NCBI GenBank assembly: GCA_963700635.1
Contig: CAVOYH010000003.1
Location: forward strand, 1,376,001-1,440,000
Origin: an uncultured Bacteroidota bacterium
GTDB lineage: Bacteria; Bacteroidota; Ignavibacteria; UBA10030; UBA6906
Length of the DNA: 64,000 nucleotides
Reading direction: 5' to 3'
In this document: positions 31,030 through 40,777 of the stretch, piece by piece
How positions within the stretch are numbered: position 1 is the first letter of the stretch
Layout of the letters: the number at the start of each line of letters is the position of its first letter
The notes under the pieces: model-generated
The model's database searches: none
Told to the model about the DNA's origin: nothing
What the model saw: only the letters and a program-made list of their open reading frames with translations
Made by a program: the position numbers and the translations under genes

Positions 31030-32652
31030 TCACGCAGTGGCGGGCACGGTATCCTTGGTGTCAAGTTTTGCGGGCAGGAAAATCCCGATCACACCGCGCA
31101 ACCCGACACTCATCACGATATTAAAGAAGAACGCAAGGAATGCCAGCAGGAGCAACGATCCGGCCAATGCCGCAAAGACCATGTAAGTGTTAAACTCCCC
31201 GTCCACATACAGCGTGCGTCGCAACATTCCGCCAAGTCCGGCCATGCCCATAAACGCACCCATGCCGATTCCCCCTACCAGGTGTGCCCAGAAATGTACA
31301 GTGGTCAGGCGCTGGCTGTAAAGTTTAGCGCCGTTCGTGAGTATGGGCAGCAGAAGGTAGATCGCAGCATACAGGGTCATGGACAATCCTACGAGAATCG
31401 CCACGTGCACATGCGGACCCACAACCCATTGCGTGTTATGGAGAATCCTGTTAAGTCCGATATCGGCCTGCATGATACCTGCAGGAACAGCCAGGGCAAA
31501 CCCGAGTAATCCCCCGAGGAGAAACTTCAACGGATTGCTCATCGTCAACGGTCTCGCGCTCCACAGCGTAACAAGCGTGATAAAGAAGGCCAGCCCCTGT
31601 GTGATCAATTCAAAGGCCGTGACCATTTCTCCCGAGACCACCTTGAGGAAGCCCGGTTGCGCCTGGTCGGAGAGCAAGTGGTGCGACCATACGGTCCATG
31701 ATACGACCAATTCGACGAAGAGGGCGGCGCGGGCGACGTTCTCCATGTACAACTTCTTTCCGGTGATCATCATGGCAAGAAGGTACCAGGTCCCGGCAAC
31801 GAAGATGAGGACGAGTCCATCGGCAATAAGATCCAATCCCCACCAGAACCAGTTCTTGTAGAGCAACGCATCCACCGCTGTGTGTTTCAGGTCATACCCC
31901 ATCAGAGCCGCGACCATGTAGACCAGAATCAGCACTCCCGTAAAGAGGATGATAGCTGCATTCAGCGCCACATCCACGGTTCCCCGTGCGACTGCCGCCA
32001 CCGGCAGGGAGACGAGGTGTTCCTTCTTGGTTTTGGAAAACATCCGGGAGAAGCCGCTGAGACCCAGCGCGGAGCGCAGAAGGGGACCAGCCGGTTGTTT
32101 CTCCCAACCTTCCGGAGTGTAGGTGATGGTCTTGAAAATGTTGACGACGAACAGTGCCGTTCCAACCATCACCAGAGCGATGCCCAGGATGAACACCGTT
32201 CCACCGATCACACTGAACTGCGTGAAGTCCGCAGGCAGGGGCCAGTACAAGGTGTACAGTGGAGCATAGTGTGAGAGAAACCCCGCCGCCCAGAAAACGA
32301 ATGTTCCGACTGCAATCAGTCCGAAGGTCCAGTTCCCCATGGGGATGCTCCAAAGAGGTTTTTTCATGAGGTACGGGACCAGAAACAGGAAAGCTCCAAA
32401 GACAATTGAGTAGGTTGAACCGAAAATGCCCACGAGGGGATGGGCGGTCAGGATGGCAAAGTATTGATCCGTGGTCACGGTGGGGACCGGGGTGACCGCA
32501 TGGACACGCATGATCATCCCCTCGGTGACCGCAAAACCGTAGTACAACAATCCAACAACAACGAAGCGTAATGTCATTTTCTGCATGGGAGTCAGCGAGT
32601 CGGCGCGGAAGGCACCTTGTTCGCCATTCAGCAGTGTCTGAAGAAAGCTCAT
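31030..32652 (-). CDS. Heme-copper oxidoreductase subunit I with non-canonical active site (gNOR-like putative nitric oxide reductase)
   Basis: 12 or more TM helices, TAHPL, YTLYWPL, WSHHLL, HNTQWVVGPHVH and GMLRR. Helix VI reads WWGLDLIADGLVL instead of WxxGHPxVY. Confidence 0.85.
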   Translation of the reverse strand: MSFLQTLLNGEQGAFRADSLTPMQKMTLRFVVVGLLYYGFAVTEGMIMRVHAVTPVPTVTTDQYFAILTAHPLVGIFGSTYSIVFGAFLFLVPYLMKKPLWSIPMGNWTFGLIAVGTFVFWAAGFLSHYAPLYTLYWPLPADFTQFSVIGGTVFILGIALVMVGTALFVVNIFKTITYTPEGWEKQPAGPLLRSALGLSGFSRMFSKTKKEHLVSLPVAAVARGTVDVALNAAIILFTGVLILVYMVAALMGYDLKHTAVDALLYKNWFWWGLDLIADGLVLIFVAGTWYLLAMMITGKKLYMENVARAALFVELVVSWTVWSHHLLSDQAQPGFLKVVSGEMVTAFELITQGLAFFITLVTLWSARPLTMSNPLKFLLGGLLGFALAVPAGIMQADIGLNRILHNTQWVVGPHVHVAILVGLSMTLYAAIYLLLPILTNGAKLYSQRLTTVHFWAHLVGGIGMGAFMGMAGLGGMLRRTLYVDGEFNTYMVFAALAGSLLLLAFLAFFFNIVMSVGLRGVIGIFLPAKLDTKDTVPATA

Positions 32653-32684
32653 TGGAGTAACCTCACAGTTGTACGGATGGACAG

Positions 32685-33251
32685 TTATTGAGCGTTGATG
32701 TGATCGCCGACCACCTCGAAAACATCCTTCTTAATCATGTGGATACCCCTGGGTCCGGAGTATTCCGTCGAACGAATAGAATACACTCCGGGTTTGTCAA
32801 ATTTCCAGAGGATGTCATTGGCATGACCCGGGACGACCTGCATCTGGAAGACCATCGAGTTGTCTTCTCTGAACAGGCCAAATCCATAGGTAAGGTCCCT
32901 GGATGTGACGTCGAACTGGACGATCTCCTCACATCTGGCGATCAGTTTTTCGGCGGGCAATTGAAATTTGTGATCGGCCACAATGATGGAAAAGGTTCTG
33001 TCAGGCTTGATGTCCGCCCGATTGAGGTCCATCGGCGCCCAGGGTATCGTATTGTATGTGATGATGTGCAGAGACACGCCGAGGACGACCAGGAAGCCGA
33101 CAAAAGAATAGAAGAGCGAAGTTCTGATGGTACTGGATGTGCCCTTTTTCGTGACTTTGTACGCAAACCACGCCATGAGCGCCATCATCGCGATGACATA
33201 CAAGGTGTACGCGATGGTCTGCCCCGCGAGGACAACAGAGGAGTCAACCAT
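32685..33251 (-). CDS. Heme-copper oxidoreductase subunit II-like protein lacking CuA ligands
   Basis: Two TM helices plus a cupredoxin domain (VTSRDLTYGF, QVVPG, FDKPGVY); STEYSGPRGIHM replaces CxExCGxxHxxM. Confidence 0.85.
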   Translation of the reverse strand: MVDSSVVLAGQTIAYTLYVIAMMALMAWFAYKVTKKGTSSTIRTSLFYSFVGFLVVLGVSLHIITYNTIPWAPMDLNRADIKPDRTFSIIVADHKFQLPAEKLIARCEEIVQFDVTSRDLTYGFGLFREDNSMVFQMQVVPGHANDILWKFDKPGVYSIRSTEYSGPRGIHMIKKDVFEVVGDHINAQ

Positions 33252-33407
33252 AATCTGCTCCGTGAGAGTTGTGTGGAATAGGACAGTGTGAAACGTGAAT
33301 GGGTATTGAAGGCAATAACTCGGGGTCCAGGAGGATCCGGTCCAATATACTGCTTTCTTTTTTCATGAGGAAGTATGTGAGAGAAATTATTTCAGAATTG
33401 CCTCCCC

Positions 33408-34844
33408 TCACACAGTGAATCTCACATAAAGTCTGACAGCCGAGTTCGCACTATGAGTGTCCGGATAGTACTTGTAATCGCCATACCGTTCGTACAACAT
33501 GAAGTCGATTCCCAGGACTGCCGCATGGTGCAGGGCGTAATCCGCTCCGATCTTCAGGAGCCCGACAAATTCTTCGCCCTCTGCTCCGCTCAGGGTATGG
33601 ATCCAGAACCGTTTGTAGTCGAAGGAGATACCTCCGGAATTGTCTATCTGGAAATGCGTCCCGATCCGGGCACTCGCACCGGGGCCGATATTGTAGTCCT
33701 TTCCATCCTCCGATGCGTACTCGGAATTTGTTGCACCCATGAGGATTGCGGAGACACTCAAAGAATTTGTTATTGTGACACCGGGTGAGAGTTGGAACTG
33801 ATTGGTCAGGCGGGAAGTCAGGCTTGTTCCCGAAAGCTTGTAAATGGTATTAATAATCATGTCGATCTCTTTGTAGACTCCGACAACATTGGTCGGGGTA
33901 CCGAACAGCCTGACCTTCGTATCCCAGATCACACCACTTCCGTACACGGCAGTGATGTTGTCGTCTTCCGAGAGACTCAGTTCTGCATGGACGGTAAAAT
34001 AGTCGAAGGGATCTTTGTGCTTGTTCGCCGCAAACAGATCGCCGTACTCCAGGTCAAATCCCACGAAACCATATCCTTTGTTACGCACAAGCGTGCGATC
34101 CAGGAAGACATTATTGCCGCCAACGGATACCCAGACTGAAAAAGGAGGTCGGTCGGCGGGCATACCTTCCCGCCACATCGCGCCCTGAAAAAGACGGTTC
34201 AAGCCGTAGACAGGGTCAACGGCAAAGGCGGAGAATTCACGGAGCACACGTTCAAAACCGTATGCGCTCTCATCGATGATGAGATTGGATACACGAAAGG
34301 AAATCTCGCCGAGGATGGTTCCGGTGACAGGGGTATTTACGATGTCGTTATATGACGGCGGCTCATTTTCCATGGCAATCTCCCAGATTGCGCTGCCACC
34401 CAGCGAGTACAGCGAAGATTCCCAGAAGTTCAATCCGTTTGATCTGGCCGCATTAAAATAGGCAGCTCCGTTGTACGGATGCGCGAACTGGTTCATGAGA
34501 TACCCATCCCTATCCCACACGAATCCTGTCTTGATGTTGTCCTTGATTGTTTGAATGCTAATTTCGGACCAACCCGTTTTCGTCAGGTATCTGTTGAATG
34601 CCCATACGCCGATATCGATTCCAACGACCTCCCCCGCAGCCAGCCAGTATCGCTTTTCGGGCAATGCCTGGTTCTGCGCGGGGAGGATCTCTTCGGTTAT
34701 CCGGGATGTGTCGGCTCTCGCCATGGAGAAGTGTGGCGATTGTGTTTTGAATTGCCCGACTGCCGTGCCGACTGACAGAGCGAGCACAATCGGTGCGGCC
34801 AGGAAGAGAGACCGGCCGACGGTTGTCGATTTATGTTTTGACAT
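33408..34844 (-). CDS. DUF3943-domain outer-membrane protein
   Basis: Signal peptide, FVWDRD...NQFAHPYNG...AARSNG..FWES...WE...ENEPPSYND, beta-strand-rich C-terminus. Confidence 0.75.
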   Translation of the reverse strand: MSKHKSTTVGRSLFLAAPIVLALSVGTAVGQFKTQSPHFSMARADTSRITEEILPAQNQALPEKRYWLAAGEVVGIDIGVWAFNRYLTKTGWSEISIQTIKDNIKTGFVWDRDGYLMNQFAHPYNGAAYFNAARSNGLNFWESSLYSLGGSAIWEIAMENEPPSYNDIVNTPVTGTILGEISFRVSNLIIDESAYGFERVLREFSAFAVDPVYGLNRLFQGAMWREGMPADRPPFSVWVSVGGNNVFLDRTLVRNKGYGFVGFDLEYGDLFAANKHKDPFDYFTVHAELSLSEDDNITAVYGSGVIWDTKVRLFGTPTNVVGVYKEIDMIINTIYKLSGTSLTSRLTNQFQLSPGVTITNSLSVSAILMGATNSEYASEDGKDYNIGPGASARIGTHFQIDNSGGISFDYKRFWIHTLSGAEGEEFVGLLKIGADYALHHAAVLGIDFMLYERYGDYKYYPDTHSANSAVRLYVRFTV

Positions 34845-34862
34845 ATGCTCCTCCGGGGAGTA

Positions 34863-35276
34863 TCATTCCTCTTGTTCTATCGGGACTGTCTTTTCTCTTG
34901 ATTGCCACGCCATCCACGTGACGAGTATCCATATGCCGGAACGTAAAAGCATGGCGTGCACACTGTGGATTGCCGCGAGGCCGCCTGCACTATGCAGTGC
35001 AGCAACAGTGATTAGGACAAGGACATGTGCTCCGCTTACCGCCCCGGCAACAAAGATCGCTGACCGACGGTTTGCCCAGACTCCTATTCCAGCCACCAGG
35101 CCAACGGCGCCCATGATGACGTTGTAGAGCACTAACGCCGGCAGCACAACGTAATCGGGGGTGCGTATGCCCAACAACACCCCGGAGCCTTCAGCTATTG
35201 TGAGCAGACTGAACGTAATAGCAATAGCTGCTGCAATCCGCCTCACCAGTGTTCGTTTCGTAGCGATGTGTCCCAT
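34863..35276 (-). CDS. Small 4-TM membrane protein
   Basis: Four hydrophobic segments; packed between the ABC permease and DUF3943 genes. Confidence 0.7.
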   Translation of the reverse strand: MGHIATKRTLVRRIAAAIAITFSLLTIAEGSGVLLGIRTPDYVVLPALVLYNVIMGAVGLVAGIGVWANRRSAIFVAGAVSGAHVLVLITVAALHSAGGLAAIHSVHAMLLRSGIWILVTWMAWQSREKTVPIEQEE

Positions 35277-35284
35277 GGTTGTGT

Positions 35285-36412
35285 TCATCCGAGTTTGTTT
35301 TTGAATCGTAAAACGCTGAGCGTAAGGATACCTACGCCAAATACGATGAGTGCTGCTGCCTGTGGCCACAGTTCGTAAATGCCGACCCCTTTAAGAAACA
35401 AACCGCGGATGATGACGATGTAGTAGCGCAGCGGAATGCCCAATGTGAGATACTGTATTGTCTGTGGCATATTCTCAATCGGGAAGGTAAAGCCCGACAG
35501 GAATATGAACGGCATGAAGAAGAAGAATTGCGCTGTCATCATTGCCTGTTGCTGAGTCCGGGAGATGGTCGAAATGAACAGTCCCAGACCAAGAGTCGTA
35601 AGTAAAAAGAGGCCGCTGAGTCCGAAAAGCAGCGGAACACTTCCCCGCAACGGCACAGCAAACCACCATCGCGTGACCCCAAGAACCAGAACAATATCCA
35701 CCACGCCAATGATTGCAAACGGCAGCAGTTTACCGATAATCAATTGATACGGTTTGATGGGGGTGACGAGCAATTGCTCCAGCGTTCCAACCTCTTTTTC
35801 CTTCACGACGCCGAGCGATGTCAGGGTCATGGTAATAATCATCAGGACCATCGCCAGCACGCCCGGAACCATGAAGTTACGGCTTTTGAGTTCCGGGTTA
35901 TACCACACGCGGGTTTCCGGATTCACGCTTGCCGGTCGAACTCCCTGTGGCAACCGGTCAAACGCCTCTGCAATGATCGTCTGCGAGTATTTCGCAGTGA
36001 TTTGTGAAGCATAGCTCAGACTGATGCCGGCAGAGTTGGCGTCGCTGCCGTCGGCAATAATTTGCACCGACGTGGGGTGGCGGGCAAGGAGGTTGTTGGA
36101 GAAATCGGGCGGGATAATCAACGCCATCCATACCTTCCCATGTTCAATGAGCGGGTCAATGTCGGCGAGAGCGTCCACGCTATGCTCGATGACGAAGTAC
36201 CCTGAGTTCACAAACTGACTAACATACTCGCGGCTGGTAACGGACTTGTCCTGATCGTACACTACGATCGGAATATCTTTTACATCTGTTGTTGCTGCAT
36301 AGCCGAGAATAATCAGCTGGAGAACGGGTGCCATAAACGACAGCATCATCATCCGGCGGTCGCGACGGAATTGTATAAATTCCTTGATAACGATGTGGTA
36401 AAGCGTCTTCAT
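35285..36412 (-). CDS. ABC-2 exporter permease (YbhR-like)
   Basis: KEFIQFRRD, VWYNPEL, KEKEVGTLEQL and LSGFTFPI. Confidence 0.93.
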   Translation of the reverse strand: MKTLYHIVIKEFIQFRRDRRMMMLSFMAPVLQLIILGYAATTDVKDIPIVVYDQDKSVTSREYVSQFVNSGYFVIEHSVDALADIDPLIEHGKVWMALIIPPDFSNNLLARHPTSVQIIADGSDANSAGISLSYASQITAKYSQTIIAEAFDRLPQGVRPASVNPETRVWYNPELKSRNFMVPGVLAMVLMIITMTLTSLGVVKEKEVGTLEQLLVTPIKPYQLIIGKLLPFAIIGVVDIVLVLGVTRWWFAVPLRGSVPLLFGLSGLFLLTTLGLGLFISTISRTQQQAMMTAQFFFFMPFIFLSGFTFPIENMPQTIQYLTLGIPLRYYIVIIRGLFLKGVGIYELWPQAAALIVFGVGILTLSVLRFKNKLG

Positions 36413-36413
36413 G

Positions 36414-37544
36414 TTAGTCTGCCTTTTTTAATAACCGCACCGAACTTATGCCGAGCGTAACTGCCGCAAATATGGACATATACGCGAGCTGGTCCCAGAA
36501 TGCCGCTGGCCCGACGCCCTTCAGGATAATGTCGCGAAGAACGATGAGGAAGAACTTCGGGGGTGAGAGATTGGAAATTACCTGCAACGCTACCGGCATA
36601 CTACGGATAGGAAAGATGAACCCGGACAGAATGAGAGACGGAAGCAGTGTGGTGAATACCGAAATAATGAACGCCACCTGTTGTGTCTGCGCCACCGTAG
36701 AAATGAGCAGCCCCTGGCCGAGTGCGGCCAGGAGAAAAATGAAGATGGCGACATACAGCCAGACTATGCTGCCCCGTATGGATATATCGAAAACGAGGTA
36801 GCCGATGAACAGCACGAGAACTGACGCGACCAATGCAATAATGAGATAAGAGATCGTCTTGCCCAGAATGATCTCCACTGTCTGCAGTCGTGACACCATC
36901 ATTTGATCCATGGTGCCCCGTTCCTTTTCCCGTACCACCGAAAGCGATGTGGAAACCACAGCGCTCAGCATGAGGATAAACCCGATCAAACCCGGGACGA
37001 GGAACTTTGCGCTGAGGAGTTCGGGATTGTACCACACCCTTGGCTGAAGGCTTACCGGAACGTACGGCTCTTTGCCATAACGCGCAAGTGTTGTGGTCGC
37101 CACATGTGCTGAGTATGTTTGCGTGACTGCATTGATGTAACCGATGGCGGTCGTGGCGGTGTTGGAATTCGAGCCATCAACAAGAATCTGCAGGGTTGCA
37201 TTTCTGCCGGCAAGGAGGTTTCCGGAAAACTCCGGAGGGATGACAACGGCCATCAGAATCTTTTCCTCGTCCAGCAGCCTGCCAATCTCATCGTAGTTGT
37301 CAACAGCGTATGAACAATCGAAGTACTCGGAATGTGAAAAGCTCCTCACAAACTCACGGCTGGTGGGAGTCCTGTCCTGGTCGAAGATGGCAACGGGAAT
37401 ATGTTTTACGTCAAAATTGAGCGCATACCCGATCAGCAACACCAGCAGTGCCGGGAAGACCAGGAGCACGCCGAGTGAGCGTTTGTCGCGCCGTATTTGC
37501 AGGAATTCCTTGATGACAATTGGTCGAATGCGTCTGATGTTCAT
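36414..37544 (-). CDS. ABC-2 exporter permease (YbhS-like)
   Basis: KEFLQIRRD, VWYNPEL, REKERGTM and LSGFIFPI. Confidence 0.93.
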   Translation of the reverse strand: MNIRRIRPIVIKEFLQIRRDKRSLGVLLVFPALLVLLIGYALNFDVKHIPVAIFDQDRTPTSREFVRSFSHSEYFDCSYAVDNYDEIGRLLDEEKILMAVVIPPEFSGNLLAGRNATLQILVDGSNSNTATTAIGYINAVTQTYSAHVATTTLARYGKEPYVPVSLQPRVWYNPELLSAKFLVPGLIGFILMLSAVVSTSLSVVREKERGTMDQMMVSRLQTVEIILGKTISYLIIALVASVLVLFIGYLVFDISIRGSIVWLYVAIFIFLLAALGQGLLISTVAQTQQVAFIISVFTTLLPSLILSGFIFPIRSMPVALQVISNLSPPKFFLIVLRDIILKGVGPAAFWDQLAYMSIFAAVTLGISSVRLLKKAD

Positions 37545-38503
37545 GCGGCCCTCTTTTTCATGTCTTCTTCGAGAAGATGCAAAAACACGTCTTCCAGTGA
37601 CGGCACGATGCGTTCCATCCGTCGTACTGTAATATCGTGTGCAGAGAGCGTCTTCGCGATCAGTTGTTGTCCTTCCTGTTCGTCACGCACACCGACGTGC
37701 AGGTAGGTGCCGAACAACGAGATTTCAACCACCCATGGTTGCGTCCGCAGGACTTCCAATCCGGTCACCACGTCGTCAATATCGACTTCGAGAATCGGAT
37801 AGGTAATGTATTTCGCCTTGAGTTCTTTCGGACTTCCCGTGGCGATCAGCTTTCCCGCATTGATCAGGATAATGTTATTGCAGTATTCCGCTTCATCGAG
37901 GTAGTGGGTCGTGACCAACACGGTGATGCCCGCTTCAGAAAGCTGGTTGATGAGTTCCCAGAATTTCCGTCGTGAAACGGGATCAACGCCGCTGGTAGGT
38001 TCGTCCAGAAAAACGATCTTCGGCTCGTGCAGCACAGCAGATCCGAGTGCAAGCCGCTGTTTCCATCCACCGGAGAGTGTCCGCGTGAGACTCTTTTCAC
38101 GTCCTTCGAGTCCTGCCATCGCAAGCACCCACTTCATGCGTTCCTGGACTTTCTCCTTGCTCAATCCGTACACACCACCAAAGAATCGGATGTTTTCCTC
38201 GACGGTCATGTCTTCATACAAGGAAAACCTTTGCGACATGTAGCCGATGTTCTTTTTGAGAAGGTCCGTCTGGGTCCGAACGTCGAATCCGCCGACCGTT
38301 GCAGAACCGGCTGTCGGTTCGAGCAATCCAATCAGCATCCGGATCGTCGTAGATTTGCCGGCACCGTTTGCGCCGAGAAACCCGAATATCTCTCCCCGTT
38401 TTACCGTGAAGTTCACCTTGTTCACAGCGGTAAAGCTGCCGAACATTTTGGTGAGGTCTTGAACGTCGATCGCGTAGTCTGGCATCTCTCTTGTACTCCT
38501 CAA
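37541..38503 (-). CDS. ABC exporter ATP-binding protein
   Basis: GANGAGKST, LSGGWKQR, LDEPT and TTHY. Confidence 0.95.
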   Translation of the reverse strand: MRSTREMPDYAIDVQDLTKMFGSFTAVNKVNFTVKRGEIFGFLGANGAGKSTTIRMLIGLLEPTAGSATVGGFDVRTQTDLLKKNIGYMSQRFSLYEDMTVEENIRFFGGVYGLSKEKVQERMKWVLAMAGLEGREKSLTRTLSGGWKQRLALGSAVLHEPKIVFLDEPTSGVDPVSRRKFWELINQLSEAGITVLVTTHYLDEAEYCNNIILINAGKLIATGSPKELKAKYITYPILEVDIDDVVTGLEVLRTQPWVVEISLFGTYLHVGVRDEQEGQQLIAKTLSAHDITVRRMERIVPSLEDVFLHLLEEDMKKRAA

Positions 38504-39855
38504 AGATTATCGGTTGACCATCGTCCGAGCGCTTTTTCAAGTCGCGCATGTGCGAGCTCCTGATCCACGAGTCCCACTGTGTAATGCAACCGGGATTGGA
38601 GCAAGGCACCCTCTGCGTCAAGCAGGTCGGTATTGGTGGCTGTGCCGCTCAGAAACTTGTCCTTCGTCATGCGATAGTGTTCTTCAGCCTGGCTGACTCC
38701 CTGGGTAGCGACAGCGACTTTCTTTTCCGATTGAGCAACCGTCAGGTAGCTCTGATTCACTTCCAGCGAAACATTGTCCTTTATCTGCCGGAGTGCATAC
38801 TGTGTTTGTGCGCGGACGGCCTCAGCCTGGTCGCTGTGGTGTTTTGTCATGCCCCAGTTCCAGATGTCCCACGACAAACTCACACCGACATCCCACGTAT
38901 CTTTGAATTCGTCTCTGGTCGGCAAGACGCGCTGGTTCGGCCGCGAGTAGGTGAAATTGCCGAACAGACCAAGTTGCGGCCACCAGCCACCGTTGGCAGC
39001 GGAGACGGACGCGTTCGCCGCGTTGATTCGCATTTCCGCCGCCCTGACGTCTGCGCGGTCCGCCGTCGCACGTTGTGCGAGAGTATCCGCAAGCAGCGAC
39101 CGTCCGGCCCGGGCTTTTGCCACCGACAGAATTCGGACATCAGTGTCGAGCGGAAGCCCGATCAAGCTGTTCAATGCCATCATGGCGTTTGTCACATTGT
39201 GTGCTGCCTCGATCTGCGCAAGCTGGGCGTTGGAGAGCTGTACTTCCACTTTCAGGACGTCATTCTTTGTCACCAATCCTTGCGCCATCATGTTCGTCAC
39301 GTCAGTGACGTGCGTTTTTATCTGCAGTATATTCTCCTCGACGACGTGCTTCACTTCCAGGGCTTTGTAGAGGCCCCAGTACATCGCCTTTATGGTATAG
39401 ACCATGTCCACGCGGTCTTTTTCAGCGTCAAGGTGTGATGCCTGGGCTGCGTAGTCTGCAGCTGCGGCCGACTGTTCAAGTCTGAACCCCGTGAAGAGCG
39501 GCTGCAGCAGAGTCACCTTCGACATGTACTGATCCAACACTGTGGGTGATATCACGACCGGCACGGGTGATGACGGCAGGGTGACTGCAAACGGATCTAC
39601 GTCGCTGAGGCGCGTATAGCCTGCTTGTAGCTTTAGAGAAGGAAGCCGCGCCGCATTCGCTTCGCTTGATTTAGCCTCTGCTGCTTTCGACTTTGCTTCT
39701 GAGATGTGCAGCAGGTTGCTGTTCTGCAATCCAAGGTGAAGCGCTTCGTCGATGGTCAGAGTGCGTGTCTCCTGTGCGATGGCAAGTGCAGGAAGTAACG
39801 ATATGAGAAGAAGCTTTTTTATCATGACAAACTCCGGGTTATCAGTTCCGATCAT
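38500..39855 (-). CDS. TolC-family outer-membrane efflux protein
   Basis: Signal peptide, QPLFTG, WDIWNWG, helical repeats and DLLDAE. The start may be the ATG near 39825. Confidence 0.92.
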   Translation of the reverse strand: MIGTDNPEFVMIKKLLLISLLPALAIAQETRTLTIDEALHLGLQNSNLLHISEAKSKAAEAKSSEANAARLPSLKLQAGYTRLSDVDPFAVTLPSSPVPVVISPTVLDQYMSKVTLLQPLFTGFRLEQSAAAADYAAQASHLDAEKDRVDMVYTIKAMYWGLYKALEVKHVVEENILQIKTHVTDVTNMMAQGLVTKNDVLKVEVQLSNAQLAQIEAAHNVTNAMMALNSLIGLPLDTDVRILSVAKARAGRSLLADTLAQRATADRADVRAAEMRINAANASVSAANGGWWPQLGLFGNFTYSRPNQRVLPTRDEFKDTWDVGVSLSWDIWNWGMTKHHSDQAEAVRAQTQYALRQIKDNVSLEVNQSYLTVAQSEKKVAVATQGVSQAEEHYRMTKDKFLSGTATNTDLLDAEGALLQSRLHYTVGLVDQELAHARLEKALGRWSTDNL

Positions 39856-40762
39856 GGGACATCATTGAGATGAAAATATTCTCCAGGGATGGATTGATCG
39901 TACGCCACTCCGAGATATGGATATTCGCCTCTGAGAGCGTGCGCTCAACCATGGGAAAGTCACGCTTGCTATCGTCAACGACAACGTTCAGCCGGTCGCC
40001 AAATGCCTGAACATCTTTGACCGCGGGATGATGGAGCAGCACACCAGCCGCACGACGGATATGGTCGCAGACCACCTCGATCACTTCTCCTTCCATCAAT
40101 CCCTTCAAGTGTTGGGGCGTGTCGACAACCATGATCTTTCCCTGATTCATGAGGGCAACGCGGCCACAACGCTCTGCTTCGTCCAAATACGGTGTGCTCA
40201 TGACAATGGTAATGTTCTCTTTGAGAAGGCTGGAAAGAATCTTCCAGAAATCACGCCTTGAAACCGGGTCAACGCCAGTTGTCGGTTCATCCAGGAAAAT
40301 GATCTTGGGTCGATGAATGAGTGTGCACGCGAGTGCAAGCTTCTGCTTCATGCCGCCTGAGAGCTGGTCTGCCAGCCGGGCGCGGAACGGGGTTAACCGG
40401 GTGAAGTCAAGCAACTCGTCTCGTCGCTGTGTGTAGTCAAACACTTCATTTATTCCTGCAAAAAATCCGATGTTCTCATCAACCGTCAGATCGCCATACA
40501 AACTGAATCGCTGCGACAGGTAGCCGATGTCCTTCTTGATCTCGTCCGAATCTTTTACAAGGTCATGTCCGAGGATCGTGGCCGTGCCCGATGACGGCGT
40601 CAGGATCCCGGTCAGCATCCGGAATGTTGTGGTCTTGCCTGCACCATCCGGACCCACGATGCCGAACATCTCACCCTGGTCAATGGTGAGGTCCAGACCG
40701 TTCACCGCAGTGATGGTATCAAATCTTTTTGTCAGAGTATGAATCTCGATTGCCGGGTTCAT
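39842..40762 (-). CDS. ABC exporter ATP-binding protein
   Basis: GPDGAGKTT, LSGGMKQK and LDEPT; the H-switch reads STPY, as in the N-terminal half of YbhF-like ATPases. Confidence 0.94.
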   Translation of the reverse strand: MNPAIEIHTLTKRFDTITAVNGLDLTIDQGEMFGIVGPDGAGKTTTFRMLTGILTPSSGTATILGHDLVKDSDEIKKDIGYLSQRFSLYGDLTVDENIGFFAGINEVFDYTQRRDELLDFTRLTPFRARLADQLSGGMKQKLALACTLIHRPKIIFLDEPTTGVDPVSRRDFWKILSSLLKENITIVMSTPYLDEAERCGRVALMNQGKIMVVDTPQHLKGLMEGEVIEVVCDHIRRAAGVLLHHPAVKDVQAFGDRLNVVVDDSKRDFPMVERTLSEANIHISEWRTINPSLENIFISMMSHDRN

Positions 40763-40777
40763 GATCAGGTCTGCCGT

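Noticed and set aside
31030-33251. Ordinary cytochrome c oxidase serving as the ACIII partner
   Set aside because: Lacks the HPxVY motif and CuA ligands needed for canonical O2 reduction.
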